Source: Spirochaetia bacterium
Lineage (GTDB): Bacteria; Spirochaetota; Spirochaetia; DSM-16054; Sediminispirochaetaceae
NCBI GenBank assembly: GCA_034520965.1
Contig: JAXHMY010000001.1
Coordinates: 928,001-992,000 of the forward strand
Direction of reading: 5' to 3'
Length of the DNA: 64,000 bases
Shown: positions 43,780 through 55,275 of the stretch, piece after piece
Layout of the letters: every line of letters begins with the position of its first letter
Numbering within the stretch: the stretch's first letter is position 1
The notes under the pieces: model-generated
What the model was told of the DNA's origin: nothing
What the model saw: only the letters and a program-made list of their open reading frames with translations
Databases searched by the model: none
Translations under genes and position numbers: made by a program

Positions 43780-45288
43780 AAACACGCATGTCTACTACGC
43801 CGACCTGCACAACCACTGCAATATTTCCTATGGCCACGGTTCGCTGCACGACGCCCTGCGCAACGGGCGTCAGCGCCTCGATATATGTTCGGTCACTGGG
43901 CACGCCCACTGGCCGGATATGCCAAGCCGGGACGGAAAGATCGATCATATTATCGATTTTCACGAAAAGGGCTTCAGCAAGCTCAAAACAGGCTGGCCCG
44001 AGGTGCTGCGTATCATGCAGGAACATAACTCCGCCGCCGAATATCTTGTATATCCGGGCTTCGAGATTCATTCGATGGATGCAGGAGATTACACCTTATT
44101 ATCAAAAAATTTCAATGCGAACATCATATACCCCGATTCAATCGACCAGTTACGGGACCTGCTTATACATCAACCGGAGCTTCGCAGCCGTTATCTCCCT
44201 TTTCCCCACCACATTGGATATACCCAGGGCCGTCGCGGCATCAACTGGGATAAATTCTGCAGCGAGGTTTTTCCCTTAGTGGAAATTTACTCTATGCACG
44301 GATGTGCCGAAACCGACGAGAACGACCACCCCTTCCTGCATACAATGGGGCCGGGTTCCGGGGCCGGCACTATGCGCTACGGGCTGGGCCCGGGGGAGGC
44401 CTGGTTCGGCGTGCTGGGTAATACCGACCATCACAGCGCTCATCCCGGCAGCTACGGCCACGGCTTCAGCGGAATATGGGCGGAGAGCCTCGACCGCGAT
44501 GCAGTGTGGGACGCCCTGTGGCAGAGGCGAACCTTCGCCCTGACCGCCGATAAGATGAAGCTAAAATTTGCGGTAAATGAAACTGCTATGGGCTCTCAAG
44601 CTTCACTCCGGGATAAGCAGCGCATCGAATTTGAGCTACAGGCCGGGGGAGTGCTGGACTATGTGGACATCATTAAAAACGGGGCTCTTTTCTCTCGGTT
44701 TTCACAACTTGACTTCGCCCCGTCAGAACGGACCCAACAAACCGTTCACACCCTGCTCTACCTGGAGCTTGGCTGGGGCGAGCGGAACAAAGCCTTTGCA
44801 TGGGATGTGCAATTCGGCATTGATAAGGGCAGCATACAATCGGTAGATGCACGCTTTCGCGGCGGCGAAGTAGTTTCGCCCCTGGATAGCCCCGGGGGCA
44901 GCGAGGGCGATTTTAACTCTTCCTGGACACGGGAGGGGAGACACGCGTGAACTTTTCTACAACAACCTACGGCAATCCTACCAACAGCACCTCAGCAACC
45001 CAGGGAATATCACTGGAGGTTGAGGCTGATCCTAAAGCCCGTGTCATGCTTCGTATAAACGGGCGGGAACACCACATTACACTGCAGCAACTTCTTCAGC
45101 GAGCCTTTATAGGCTATACCGGCGGATTCGATTCACCAGCATTTAAACTGCACCACGCTCCCCAGGAAGAAGAATTTATGTGGAGTGCTTCTATAGATGA
45201 TCCGGATCAGAGTCCCGCATATTACTACCTGCGCGGACGTCAGCAGAATGGCTCGTGGGTGTGGAGTTCACCTGTCCAGACTAAATAG
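43766..45288 (+). CDS. PHP-domain / DUF3604-like metallohydrolase; frameshift near 44945
   Basis: ADLHNHC, VEIYSMHG, NTDHH, YYYLRGRQ..WSSP. Confidence 0.72.
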
Positions 45289-45302
45289 CGAGGGCCCCCC
45301 GC

Positions 45303-46651
45303 TTATGCGAACTCCCCAGAGTCGGGGCTGTAACTCGAAGAGGAGTTGAGACGCACCCCGGCCGGTGCATCAATGGGCCCTCCCAGCAAAGGATCTTTTG
45401 TTGTCTCCATCCACTCATCCAGAGCAGTCTTAAGCTCCTGGTACACGGAACTGTACCGTGGATCATTAAGACGATTGCAGCGTTCCAGCGGATCCAATAC
45501 AAGATCGAACAGCTCCTCGCGGCTCACCTTTTCGGAAAAATAACCGTTTTTGTGAAATAGGTCTTTTACAGCCGAATCGTCTACGTTCACGGGTAATCTG
45601 AATTCACTATCCGTATAATGACGGATCAGTTTGTAGCGACGGCTACGTACCGCCCGCGCCGGTTCACTGGCGGCGTGAAAAGTTGTTTCAGTGTAAAGAT
45701 GTGAATGCAGTTCCCCCTGCTCGCCGCGCAGCAGCGGCAGAAGCGACAGCCCCTGCATTTTATGGGGAAGGGGGGTACCGATCAGCTCGCAAATGGTAGG
45801 AAAGATATCAATCTGGCTGACCAATGCATCGCAGGTCAGAAAACCCTCCGCTGCTGTTCCACCATCCGCCGGTAACCGTATCATCAGGGCTACTCCGGTG
45901 CCGCCGTCGTGGAGAGTTGCTTTCATCCCGGGAAAGGCCGGACCGTGGTCGGTGGTAAACAGCACCAGAGTATCCTTATCATGTCCCGAAGCCTCCAGCG
46001 CAGCAAGAACCCGGCCGACACAGCGGTCCACGGTTTCTACCGCCGCATAGAAGCCGGCGGTATCTTCGCGGGCGGCCGGAGCATCGGGTATTGGGCACGG
46101 CGGCCTGAACCGGTCTGCGGCCTCGCTCTGAGGAACAGGAAAGGGACGATGTGTATTAAGCATGCCGAAGGAGAGAAAAAAGGGGGTTTTGACGACAGCA
46201 TCGACGAGTGTACTCTTTCGATAAACTCCGCCGCCAGCCGGGCGTTCTGCAGATCATAGGCGGCCAAATTCTCTATTCCCTCATCGAAATACTCCGACGG
46301 CTGATCGAGTACACGGTCATACCCGATCAGCTCTTTGCGGGGGGCCACATGCTGCACTCCGCACAGGGCAGTACTGTATCCGGCTGCTTTGAGGTGCGAA
46401 ACGATATGCCGGCGGTACTCATGCAGTGCAAAGCCGCGGTGGGCCAAACCGAGCATTCCGTTCTCGTGAGGGTAGGTGCCGGTAAGCAGACTGGAGCGAC
46501 TCGGGGAACAGGTGGGCGCTGTGCTGTGGGCATTGCGAAACACCGTCGACTGCGTGGCCAGAGACTGCAAATTCGGAGTGTGTACCGGATACCCGTACGG
46601 CCCGATGCAGCGGCCGGTATCGTGGGTGTGAATATACACAATATTCATCAT
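45303..46651 (-). CDS. Cys-type sulfatase; frameshift near 46180
   Basis: NIVYIHTHD, CSPSRSSLLTG, TTDHG, ELFDL..DP.E. Confidence 0.9.
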
Positions 46652-46751
46652 TTTCAATCTCCTAATACAAAGGTTTGCATAATACCGGTTTGCTTGCAAG
46701 TATTTTCATAATTATGAGTCAATTATACCCATAATTGATTAAATTTTTCAT

Positions 46752-46804
46752 TTGACAGATGCTTTTATGGGATTTATAGTGTAATTGTATTGCAAACGAT
46801 TGCA
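46752..46804 (+). promoter_or_regulatory. Sigma70 promoter with a LacI-type operator
   Basis: TTGACA-N17-TATAGT, then TGCAAACGATTGCA at 46791-46804. Confidence 0.7.
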
Positions 46805-46805
46805 T

Positions 46806-47843
46806 ATGAAAAGAAATATAACTATAAAAGACATTGCAGAACTTGCCAACGTAAGCCCGTCTACCGTCTCCCGCGGCCTGAATGACAGCCCGCTGGTAGC
46901 GGAAGAAACACGGGCCCGCATCCAAAAACTCGCTCTGGAACACGGCTTCAGCTTCAATACCAGCGCTCGCAGTCTCATAACCCGGAAAACGGGCATAATC
47001 GGGTTGATCTACCCCGAACACTTCAACGAGTACCAACACTCCTTTTACCTGACCCTGTTGATGAACAAGATCAGGGATGAGCTCGAGGAGCACGAATACG
47101 ATCTGGTAGTGAAGTTCCGTACCAACAAAACCGGCACAGTAAATCATATCCGCCAGCTGGTAAACGGTAAAAAGGTCGACGGCTTGATTTTAGTGCATTC
47201 AAAAATTGAGCAGACGGACCTCGATTTTCTGCACGAGAACGGGGTTCCCTTCGTGCTCCTGCAGGCTCGCCAACATTATGTCAATATCAACCGCGAGAAC
47301 TGGGTTTTTGTAGACCATAAGAAGGGCGGTTACATTGCCACCAACCACCTGATCGGACTCGGCCACAGCTCGATTCTTTGCCTCATGCTCGACAGTCCGC
47401 AGTATCAGTTTGCAGAACGGACCGAAGGCTACAATCAGGCGCTGCGCGACAACAATATCGAACCAGATGAAGAAAAAATCGTTATCTGCGACGGAACCTT
47501 TGAGTGCAGTTACAACCTGGTAATGCAGCAGCAGGAGCTGATTTCACGTGTGAGCGCAATATTCGCACAGACCGATATCATGGCATTAGGGGCGATCGAA
47601 GCTCTGCAGGGATTAGGATTGTCGGTCCCGGAGGACATCGCGGTGGTTTCCTATGACGACATCGAATTCGGAAAACATTTCCGACCAAAACTGAGCACTA
47701 TCCACCAGCCCCGCGACCAGCTTGCAGTTTTGGGCTGCGAGCGGCTGCTCGGGATGCTCAGCAGCGACAGCACCATTCCGCCGATGCAGCGGCTGATAGA
47801 GCCGTATTTAATAGTCCGTGAATCATGCGGTGCCGAAAGGTAA
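46806..47843 (+). CDS. LacI-family regulator
   Basis: TIKDIAELANVSPSTVSR, VPEDIAVVSYDD, RESC. Confidence 0.95.
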   Translation: MKRNITIKDIAELANVSPSTVSRGLNDSPLVAEETRARIQKLALEHGFSFNTSARSLITRKTGIIGLIYPEHFNEYQHSFYLTLLMNKIRDELEEHEYDLVVKFRTNKTGTVNHIRQLVNGKKVDGLILVHSKIEQTDLDFLHENGVPFVLLQARQHYVNINRENWVFVDHKKGGYIATNHLIGLGHSSILCLMLDSPQYQFAERTEGYNQALRDNNIEPDEEKIVICDGTFECSYNLVMQQQELISRVSAIFAQTDIMALGAIEALQGLGLSVPEDIAVVSYDDIEFGKHFRPKLSTIHQPRDQLAVLGCERLLGMLSSDSTIPPMQRLIEPYLIVRESCGAER

Positions 47844-47877
47844 CCGAATGAATATTTTCAAATTTTCAAAGGAGGAC

Positions 47878-49170
47878 ATGGGTATGAATAAGAGATTATT
47901 AACTACATTCGTACTGCTACTAGTTGCAGCCGGCCTGCTCTTCGCCGGAGGGCAGCAGGAGAGCGGCGCACAGCAAAAGGAGGCTCCGGCTGAAGTCGAA
48001 GCCGAAGAAGTTGAACTGCACTTTTTTCAGTTCAAACCGTATCTGGATGAAGAGTACAAGAAGTTCGCCGACGATTTCGAACAGCAAAACCCGAACGTAA
48101 CAGTAACCACTGAAACCATTGGAGGAGGCACCCAGTGGCAAACCATCCTCAAGAGCAAATTTGCCGCGGGCGAAGGTCCCGATATTTTCCCGGTTGAAGG
48201 GCCCAGTCAATACGAACTGTGGAGTGATTATATTGCCGACCTCTCCGGTGAACCGTGGGTCGACAATGCGGTACCCTTTGCGCTGGAAGTGCTGAATATT
48301 GACGGCAAGCAAATGGGAATGCCTGTTAACCTGGAGGGCTACGGGTACATCTACAACAAGGAAATCTTCAAAGAAGCAGGCGTCACCAAAACCCCGTCCA
48401 CAGTCTCCGAACTGGAAGCAGCTGCGAAAAAAATTAAAGACGCCGGCTACACTCCCTTTGCTACCGGCTACAGCACCTGGTGGGTTATCGGTCTGCACCT
48501 GTACAATGTTGCCTTTGCCCAGCAGGACGACCCGCAGGCTTTTATCGACAAGCTGAATGCAGGCGAAGTAAAAATGGCGGACAATACACTGTTTCAGGAC
48601 CTGCAGAACATTGTAGACCTGACCGTAGAATACGGAGAAAAGAATCCGCTTACCACTGACCACAACAAACAGGTCCAAATGTTCGCAAACGGGACCGCCG
48701 CAATGATCCAGCAGGGTGTATGGAAGGAAGTTCCTATTTTCGAGGCAAATCCCAATGCCAATGTAGGTCTACTACCAATACCACTCAACGACAACGCAAA
48801 GATGGACCGAGTTGCAGTCGGCGTACCCTTTAACTTTGTGGTAAACAAAACATCACCGGAACCGGTCCAGAAAGCGGCCAAGGATTTTCTCAACTATCTG
48901 GTCAACAGCAAAACCGGTCAGAAGTACATGACGGAAAACTTTGGATTCATTCCTGCCTACAAAGAAGTTGATCCCCAGGGCTTGAAGGGTGTTGGAAAGG
49001 ACATCCTTGAGTATGCCGGCCAGGACAAGACAATACCGTGGGTATTCGGACAATTTCCCGACGGCTTTGCCAACGAAGTATCCAACAATATTCAGGCTTA
49101 CGTTGCAGACCGCCAGGATTGGGACAAAACCCTCTCGCGACTCGATGCAGCCTGGCAGAAACTAAAATAA
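47878..49170 (+). CDS. Oligosaccharide ABC substrate-binding protein
   Basis: FAGGQQE leader, GMPVNLEGYGYIYNK. Confidence 0.9.
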   Translation: MGMNKRLLTTFVLLLVAAGLLFAGGQQESGAQQKEAPAEVEAEEVELHFFQFKPYLDEEYKKFADDFEQQNPNVTVTTETIGGGTQWQTILKSKFAAGEGPDIFPVEGPSQYELWSDYIADLSGEPWVDNAVPFALEVLNIDGKQMGMPVNLEGYGYIYNKEIFKEAGVTKTPSTVSELEAAAKKIKDAGYTPFATGYSTWWVIGLHLYNVAFAQQDDPQAFIDKLNAGEVKMADNTLFQDLQNIVDLTVEYGEKNPLTTDHNKQVQMFANGTAAMIQQGVWKEVPIFEANPNANVGLLPIPLNDNAKMDRVAVGVPFNFVVNKTSPEPVQKAAKDFLNYLVNSKTGQKYMTENFGFIPAYKEVDPQGLKGVGKDILEYAGQDKTIPWVFGQFPDGFANEVSNNIQAYVADRQDWDKTLSRLDAAWQKLK

Positions 49171-49241
49171 ACTACTATCATTTGGATTATCCGCGGGGCC
49201 TGGCTTGATACAGGCCCCGCTCTGCATTGAGGGAAGGAGAT

Positions 49242-50123
49242 ATGAACAATAGACGTATGAGGGATATCCGCGAGGATATCTTCTTTATCGGCCCGGGTTT
49301 CATCATTTTTGCACTGATTGTGCTGTTCTCATTCGTACTCGGTATTTACTACTCCTTTACCGAATGGAACGGCGTCAACAAAGAAGCCCTATGGGTAGGG
49401 CTCGACAATTATCTGCAGGTATTCAAAGGGGATGAACAGGCCGGTGTTTCGGCGGTGTTCACCCTTAAATTCACCCTTGCATCGGTAATTACGGCAAACC
49501 TGCTGGCCTTCGGCCTGGCCCTGGCCCTCACTCTTCCGCTGAAAAACGCGAAGCTGATGCGCACTATCATATTCCTGCCGAACGTCATCGGCGGTATCAT
49601 TCTAGGTTTCGTGTGGCGCTTTATCTTTACCAACAGTTTTGTCAGCATCGGCGAGCTTACGGGAAGCTGGTTTTTTGAGCTCCCCTGGCTCGGTACGCCA
49701 ATGACGGGATTCTGGGCTTCTGTGATTGTATTTGTGTGGCAGCGGACCGGATATTTGATGATGATCTATGTAGCGGCCATCGTCAGCATCGACGATACGC
49801 TCTTAGAGGCGGCCTACATAGACGGGGCTTCACAACTGCACATGCTCACAAAAATTATTATTCCCCTGACCGTACAGGCCATTACCGTCTGCGTATTCCT
49901 GGCCCTCTCATGGACGACCAAGATGTTCGATGTTATTTTTGCTCTGACCAATGGCGGGCCCTTCGGTTCTACCGAGACCTTTGCAATGAACATCTACTAC
50001 GAGGCCTTTCAGTATAATAACTACGGCCTTGGGTCAGCGAAGGCAATCCTGTTTTTTATTATTGTAGGATTCATTTCCACTGCCCAGGTGCTAACTACCA
50101 AGAAGTGGGAGGTAGAAGCATGA
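49242..50123 (+). CDS. Sugar ABC permease
   Basis: EAAYIDGA, LTNGGP. Confidence 0.92.
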   Translation: MNNRRMRDIREDIFFIGPGFIIFALIVLFSFVLGIYYSFTEWNGVNKEALWVGLDNYLQVFKGDEQAGVSAVFTLKFTLASVITANLLAFGLALALTLPLKNAKLMRTIIFLPNVIGGIILGFVWRFIFTNSFVSIGELTGSWFFELPWLGTPMTGFWASVIVFVWQRTGYLMMIYVAAIVSIDDTLLEAAYIDGASQLHMLTKIIIPLTVQAITVCVFLALSWTTKMFDVIFALTNGGPFGSTETFAMNIYYEAFQYNNYGLGSAKAILFFIIVGFISTAQVLTTKKWEVEA

Positions 50124-50953
50124 TAACCAATAAATATTTTCCCCGCCTGTTTTTTATAGAGATGGCGGTGGTGGTAATAGCACTTATCTATTTATCGCCC
50201 TTCTACTTTGTAGTGGTAAATTCGCTGAAACCCTTCGGAGAGATAATCGAGAATGCGGCTTCCCTGCCCAGTACGATTAGGTGGGATAACTATGTGAAGG
50301 CCTGGAACACGGTCTCTTTTCCACAGGTATTCCTCAACTCACTGCTGGTGACATCCTTCAGTATTGCCGGAATGGTGCTGATGGGGGCCATGGCCGCCTG
50401 GCGGATGGTCCGCCGGCCCCATAAAATCAGCGGAATTATCTTTGTGCTGTTCGTAGCGGCTATGGTGATACCCTTTCAGTCGGTCATGATACCGATGGTA
50501 AAGGTGGCAAAGTTGTTCGGACTGCTGAACAGCATTCCCGGTATAGTAATTATCTACTTCGGATTCGGCATGCCCCTGACGGTGTTTCTGCTGCACGGCT
50601 TTGTAAAGAGTATTCCCAAAGAGCTGGAAGAGTCGGCCTACATCGACGGTTGCTCAACCTTTCAAAGCTTCTTCCAGATCGTCTTTCCGCTGATGCGGAC
50701 CATGGTGGTCACTGTCATCATTCTGCAGACCCTATGGATCTGGAACGACTTCCTGCTGCCCTTGCTGGTCTTGTTCAAAGAAAGCATCCGCACTATTCCC
50801 CTGGGCATTTTCAGCTTCTTCGGACAGTATCTGAACCAGTGGGACTCGGCGCTGGCCACTCTAATTATGGGAATGGTTCCAATCATTATCTTTTTTCTGA
50901 TTTTACAGAACTACATTATCAGGGGAATTACCGCCGGGTCGATTAAATCATAG
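50120..50953 (+). CDS. Sugar ABC permease
   Basis: EESAYIDG, IWNDFLLP. Confidence 0.92.
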   Translation: MITNKYFPRLFFIEMAVVVIALIYLSPFYFVVVNSLKPFGEIIENAASLPSTIRWDNYVKAWNTVSFPQVFLNSLLVTSFSIAGMVLMGAMAAWRMVRRPHKISGIIFVLFVAAMVIPFQSVMIPMVKVAKLFGLLNSIPGIVIIYFGFGMPLTVFLLHGFVKSIPKELEESAYIDGCSTFQSFFQIVFPLMRTMVVTVIILQTLWIWNDFLLPLLVLFKESIRTIPLGIFSFFGQYLNQWDSALATLIMGMVPIIIFFLILQNYIIRGITAGSIKS

Positions 50954-51027
50954 TACGTGCAAGCACCCGGCGAACTGTCCATAGATCGCTCTTGGCCATG
51001 CTACTCCATGGAGTTGCGGCGGATAGC

Positions 51028-51150
51028 CTATCTTACTGGACTGAATTTACTCCACTCAATTGTAGGAATAAACTTATAGTGTTTATCATTTGCCGTTAGC
51101 AATGTTTCACCATTCTGAACAACCGTTGCAGCAATCAATCCGTCTGCAAT
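51028..51150 (-). pseudogene. C-terminal remnant of a PIN/VapC toxin
   Basis: Manual translation: IADGLIAATVVQNGETLLTANDKHYKFIP; N-terminal two-thirds absent. Confidence 0.7.
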
Positions 51151-51389
51151 TATCGAAACTGACGTCCTTTCCTAAAATTTCGTACCAGCTCCTCAACGGA
51201 TTGAGCATTATCATCATCCTTCCACATTCCAAATATTGAAGTTTCTTCTTCGTTATTCATTACAGGCTGGAAAGGTATGATCTTTGCAAGAGGTTTTCCC
51301 CTATACGTTACAGTAATTTCTTCTCCTACAGAAACTTGACTAATTATTTTGCCGGGGTGGATCCTTAACTCTTTCGTTGTAACTTTCAT
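51150..51389 (-). CDS. Phd/YefM-family antitoxin
   Basis: MKVTTKELR...GEEITVTYRGKPLAKI; GGAGG RBS. Confidence 0.85.
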   Translation of the reverse strand: MKVTTKELRIHPGKIISQVSVGEEITVTYRGKPLAKIIPFQPVMNNEEETSIFGMWKDDDNAQSVEELVRNFRKGRQFR

Positions 51390-51503
51390 AAAAAGACCCT
51401 CCTTGTGTACACTAAAAAGTGTACACTTAAAGCCTAAAAAAAGGCAATCGAAATACTTATCGTGCTTGTAGAGGACCTTCACGTATGCTGAAAACTGCCG
51501 GTA

Positions 51504-52287
51504 CTAAGAAGAATCGCTGGTCAAAAGTGTAACCTGCACCTTGGTGGTCTTGCCAGGCTTGACCGAAAAGGGCTGGCCTGCGGGGGCCCTTATCTGCGTA
51601 GTCAGACCGTTCCAGGACTTAACATAGTACCAGCCGGGCCCGTCATACCCAGTGGTATCAACATTAAAATCCCCCGGGGAGCTTACCCCCTCGACGTCGA
51701 ATTTCACGGTGGGCCCGTCTATGTAGAAAATATGGGAGTAATTGATATCAGCATTGCCACCCTCTTCCTCCTCCATGAGGCCGAAGAACTGTTTCACTTC
51801 ATCGATGGTATTGAAACCGCCCATATAGAGAAAGTAGTCCCTGTTCGCCGGAACGCCGGTCACCGTGAAGTCGGCCGTACCGGTATTGCTATCGGTATCG
51901 AAATCATAGTCGACCTCGATGGCGAAGTAGGGGTTGCCGCTGAACTTCATGGTACCCCCCAGGGCGACATCGAGAAGGATCTCCTCGAGCTTGTCTTCGA
52001 TCTCCCTTTTGATCGCAGGGTCCGGATCGCTGTCGAGGGCCACCGTCAGCTGGGTGACATCCTTCAGGGTCTTCAAAGCCGGAGTTGATAAGCAGCCCGG
52101 CCAGTACCACGGTATCACCTTCAGGCAGGCCTCTGCTCTCCATGGTCACATCCATACTGAATCCCTGCTCACTCTGTGAAACCGGGGAGTAGCATGAGCC
52201 GAGCACCATCATAATCACCACACCTGCGATAAGCACAGGCAGCACAGCCCGCCGGGTACGCATCCTTTTCTCTACCGTTCTATTCAT
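51504..52287 (-). CDS. Putative lipoprotein; at least one frameshift around 52085-52125
   Basis: Lipobox-like VLGSC; two overlapping ORFs that join. Confidence 0.6.
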
Positions 52288-52297
52288 ATTTTCACTC

Positions 52298-52933
52298 CTA
52301 CTCTTCGAACGTAACCGTTCCGCCGACGCTGCCGTATTCGAGCACCTTGATCGAACTGGTGCCTTCGAAGGGCGTCATGAAATTATCATCCAGTATTCCG
52401 GAGCGCAGCAAACCGTCCTGCCCCATGGTTGCCTCATCCCCGGCCGATACGTTCCTGCCGATATCGAAGGGATTGCTGAACCGTACCGTTCCGTCGAAGA
52501 CCGCCAGATTGATCCCGTCGTAGATGAACGAGGTACCCCGCACCGCCGCGGTCGACTGAGCGCTGCGCAGTTTGAAGTTGTGCCTGAGCCCCTCGGTACG
52601 CTGCACATCGGCCTGGATTCTTCCCACCTTCAGGTTGATGTCGGTGGATATAAGTCCTTCTTTCTTTACCAGTTCGTCGATCCTCATTCTGGTAAGGGCG
52701 TCGACGTGGAGTACTGCCTCCTCGATCTCGATGCTCGCCCTGGAGTTGAATCCCGTTGAGATCCGTGCCCCCGTTGGTACACGGACACCGACGGCGGCTT
52801 TCTGCCAATTACTGCCGGGAAGACGGTATTCGACCTTTCCTGTGACCGCCGTGAAAACCCCCTCCGCCGCATACAGCATGGAGGAGAACAACATCATGGC
52901 CCCCAGGATGATACAGATAGTTCGTACTCGCAT
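52298..52933 (-). CDS. FecR-domain protein
   Basis: Signal peptide, ISTG, AAVRGT. Confidence 0.8.
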   Translation of the reverse strand: MRVRTICIILGAMMLFSSMLYAAEGVFTAVTGKVEYRLPGSNWQKAAVGVRVPTGARISTGFNSRASIEIEEAVLHVDALTRMRIDELVKKEGLISTDINLKVGRIQADVQRTEGLRHNFKLRSAQSTAAVRGTSFIYDGINLAVFDGTVRFSNPFDIGRNVSAGDEATMGQDGLLRSGILDDNFMTPFEGTSSIKVLEYGSVGGTVTFEE

Positions 52934-52958
52934 ATCTCACTCCTTCCTTATAAACGAA

Positions 52959-54251
52959 TTAAAAACGCGCGGATAATTCAAAGCGAAGCATGTAGTCCGA
53001 ACCCGCATCCTTGACCCACGCTGATCCCGGGACGAAAACGGCGCCTGTCAATCCCGCCGAGAGATCAGATAGGATGTCCCAAGTAAAACCGGCATCATAC
53101 TCGGTGCCGACAAACCAGGAATCAGTCTCCCCAGCCAGGTCCATCCAGTCGGCGTTCCACTCGTAGATGCGGAAGTATGCCCGTCCACCTACCGACGGGC
53201 GCAGCCTCCTCATAACCGGGGAAGTTCCATCCAGGAAGGGCCGGAGGGAGTACGAAAGTCCCGTATACATGAGGGAATCGAGGGTCGGATCTACCACCAG
53301 ACCCAGGGTCGGTTTGTTCACAGGCCTGAATTTACTCAAACCGAAGGGCATGTCGAATCCGATATCGATGTCCTCCACCGGTGCGTCGGGTGTAGCCACC
53401 AGGCCGTAGAATGCGATTTTTGAGTCGAGCCAGTCCTTCCGCAGGTAACGGGAGGTGAAACCGGTGAGCAGCGACAGTTTCTTCGTATCCTCTACCGAGC
53501 TGATTTGGGAGGTCCCCACTACGAGAAAACCGTCGTGATACAGGTAGCGTCCGAGTTTGTAGGACAGCAGGGTTCCCCAGTATTGACTGTCGATAGTCTC
53601 TTCGCCGCTTTCAGGGTCGCGCAGGTCGAACTGGGCGAGACCGAAGAGCACCCAGTTCTGCAGCCTTTTTCCGACATCGATGAAGCTGACTTGTCCCTGA
53701 GTGAAGAACCGCTTTGGTCCGAAAGTGTTGTTCTCCTCATCCGACTGTTCGCTCAAATCGATCGCTGAAAGACGTATATCGCTTGTCGGGTTCAGCAGCA
53801 ACCCGGTGTAGGCCGCATCTATTTTGAAGTGCACCCGGGGAAAGAGGAGATTCAAGCCGGCTCCGTCGGCGGTATGCATCAGGATGTAGCCCGTCGGATC
53901 GGAGAAGCCGAAGCGTCCGAGAGAGGCCTGCAGCATCGAAGAGCTCCCGAGGGCGGCCGGAAAGCTGCCCCTGAAGCGAAGTTCGTCGATGTCCAGAAGA
54001 TAGGCGCGGTCTTCGGTAAATAGATAACTTGCCTGGCCCCGGAAGCCGAGAGTGGACACGCCGCGCTTCATCTCTCCGTCGAGCCAGAGCGACAGACGGT
54101 CTTCCTGTGTGACTTCTCCCTCATCGGCGAAAAGATAGCCGGTGGTATTGGCCAGTTCTCCGCCCCAGTCCCAGTCAAACGCCGTAACGGAGACAGCAGC
54201 CCCTAACAGGAGGCAGACGGCAGTGATGGAAATAAAACCAAGCCGTTTCAT
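52959..54251 (-). CDS. Putative outer-membrane beta-barrel protein
   Basis: Signal peptide, alternating aromatic strands, terminal Phe (FELSARF). Confidence 0.65.
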   Translation of the reverse strand: MKRLGFISITAVCLLLGAAVSVTAFDWDWGGELANTTGYLFADEGEVTQEDRLSLWLDGEMKRGVSTLGFRGQASYLFTEDRAYLLDIDELRFRGSFPAALGSSSMLQASLGRFGFSDPTGYILMHTADGAGLNLLFPRVHFKIDAAYTGLLLNPTSDIRLSAIDLSEQSDEENNTFGPKRFFTQGQVSFIDVGKRLQNWVLFGLAQFDLRDPESGEETIDSQYWGTLLSYKLGRYLYHDGFLVVGTSQISSVEDTKKLSLLTGFTSRYLRKDWLDSKIAFYGLVATPDAPVEDIDIGFDMPFGLSKFRPVNKPTLGLVVDPTLDSLMYTGLSYSLRPFLDGTSPVMRRLRPSVGGRAYFRIYEWNADWMDLAGETDSWFVGTEYDAGFTWDILSDLSAGLTGAVFVPGSAWVKDAGSDYMLRFELSARF

Positions 54252-54731
54252 ACCTCACCTCCGGGATTCCCGGCCTGCATAACAGTAAGGAAGCGTTCGA
54301 GAATCCGTATAGCCCGTTCACCCGAAAGAGGAGAATTCGGATAGCTGCTGCCCTGGACCGCATCGATGAAGGCGAGTTCCCGCACCGCGTATCTGGGCCC
54401 GGGAAAGAGACGGTACATGAGACCCCCCGAACGGCCGTATATCTTAATGATAAGAAAAGGAATACTCACCGAGTGTCAGTGCCGCTTCAGCCTCTTTATC
54501 GGAGAAAACAGGCTGAGTATCCGCCATCAATTCAGCCGCCTGTGCAAAACCCGCATCATCTTCGATTTCCCCTTGTGCTACCAGAAGCAGGTAGGAGGCT
54601 CCGCCGAAGGACAGCATGTCCTGATCAAGAATGGCGTCCATCGAAGCCGCGGATTGCGCACACAGAACAGAGGGTCCTGCCACTGCGGCCAGCAGTCCGA
54701 GGATACATATCCCCATTATTTTGTTTTTCAT
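54248..54731 (-). CDS. Hypothetical exported protein; frameshift near 54450
   Basis: Signal peptide; GGLMYRLFPGPRYAVREL in the second frame. Confidence 0.6.
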
Positions 54732-54858
54732 AATAGAATTATACACCGGAAAAGCATAGATATCAAAAAAAACATATCAACATTATGGGGCGCGCATGAT
54801 TGGTGCCCTCAAAAAGCTATTCCGTTCAAAAACGGATAGCAGGATATTGCGGGAGCAG

Positions 54859-55273
54859 CTATTCTGCCAGAGGGTTTTCGATTCTGATGCCGGAGTAAAA
54901 CTGACCGGTATTGAGGTCTTCCGAATAGATGATGTCGCACTCGGCATACTCGGCATTGGCAACAATGCAGGCATCCCAGAAATTGATATTGTACGTTTTT
55001 TTGATTTCTACCGCTCGTCGAATCATTGCAGGAGATTGCTGTATCACCTCTATGTGTTCTGAGCAGATGGAGCTGCCGTAGAACCACTTCTTCAGTTTGC
55101 CCGAGTTTCCTTAAGGCCACATGTGCATATTCCTGCAAAACTTGAGTGGATAAGACACCCTGCCCGCTTTTCATGAGGTCGGTGATGAGGCGAGCGGCTT
55201 TGATCTGTTTAGAGCGGTCTTTTTTATCATTCGCGTATATCAGTATGTTAGTGTCGATGAAGTATTTCGCCAT
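54859..55273 (-). CDS. PIN-domain toxin; frameshift near 55050
   Basis: FIDTNILIY, STQVLQE, FWDACI, YSEDL. Confidence 0.85.
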
Positions 55274-55275
55274 TT

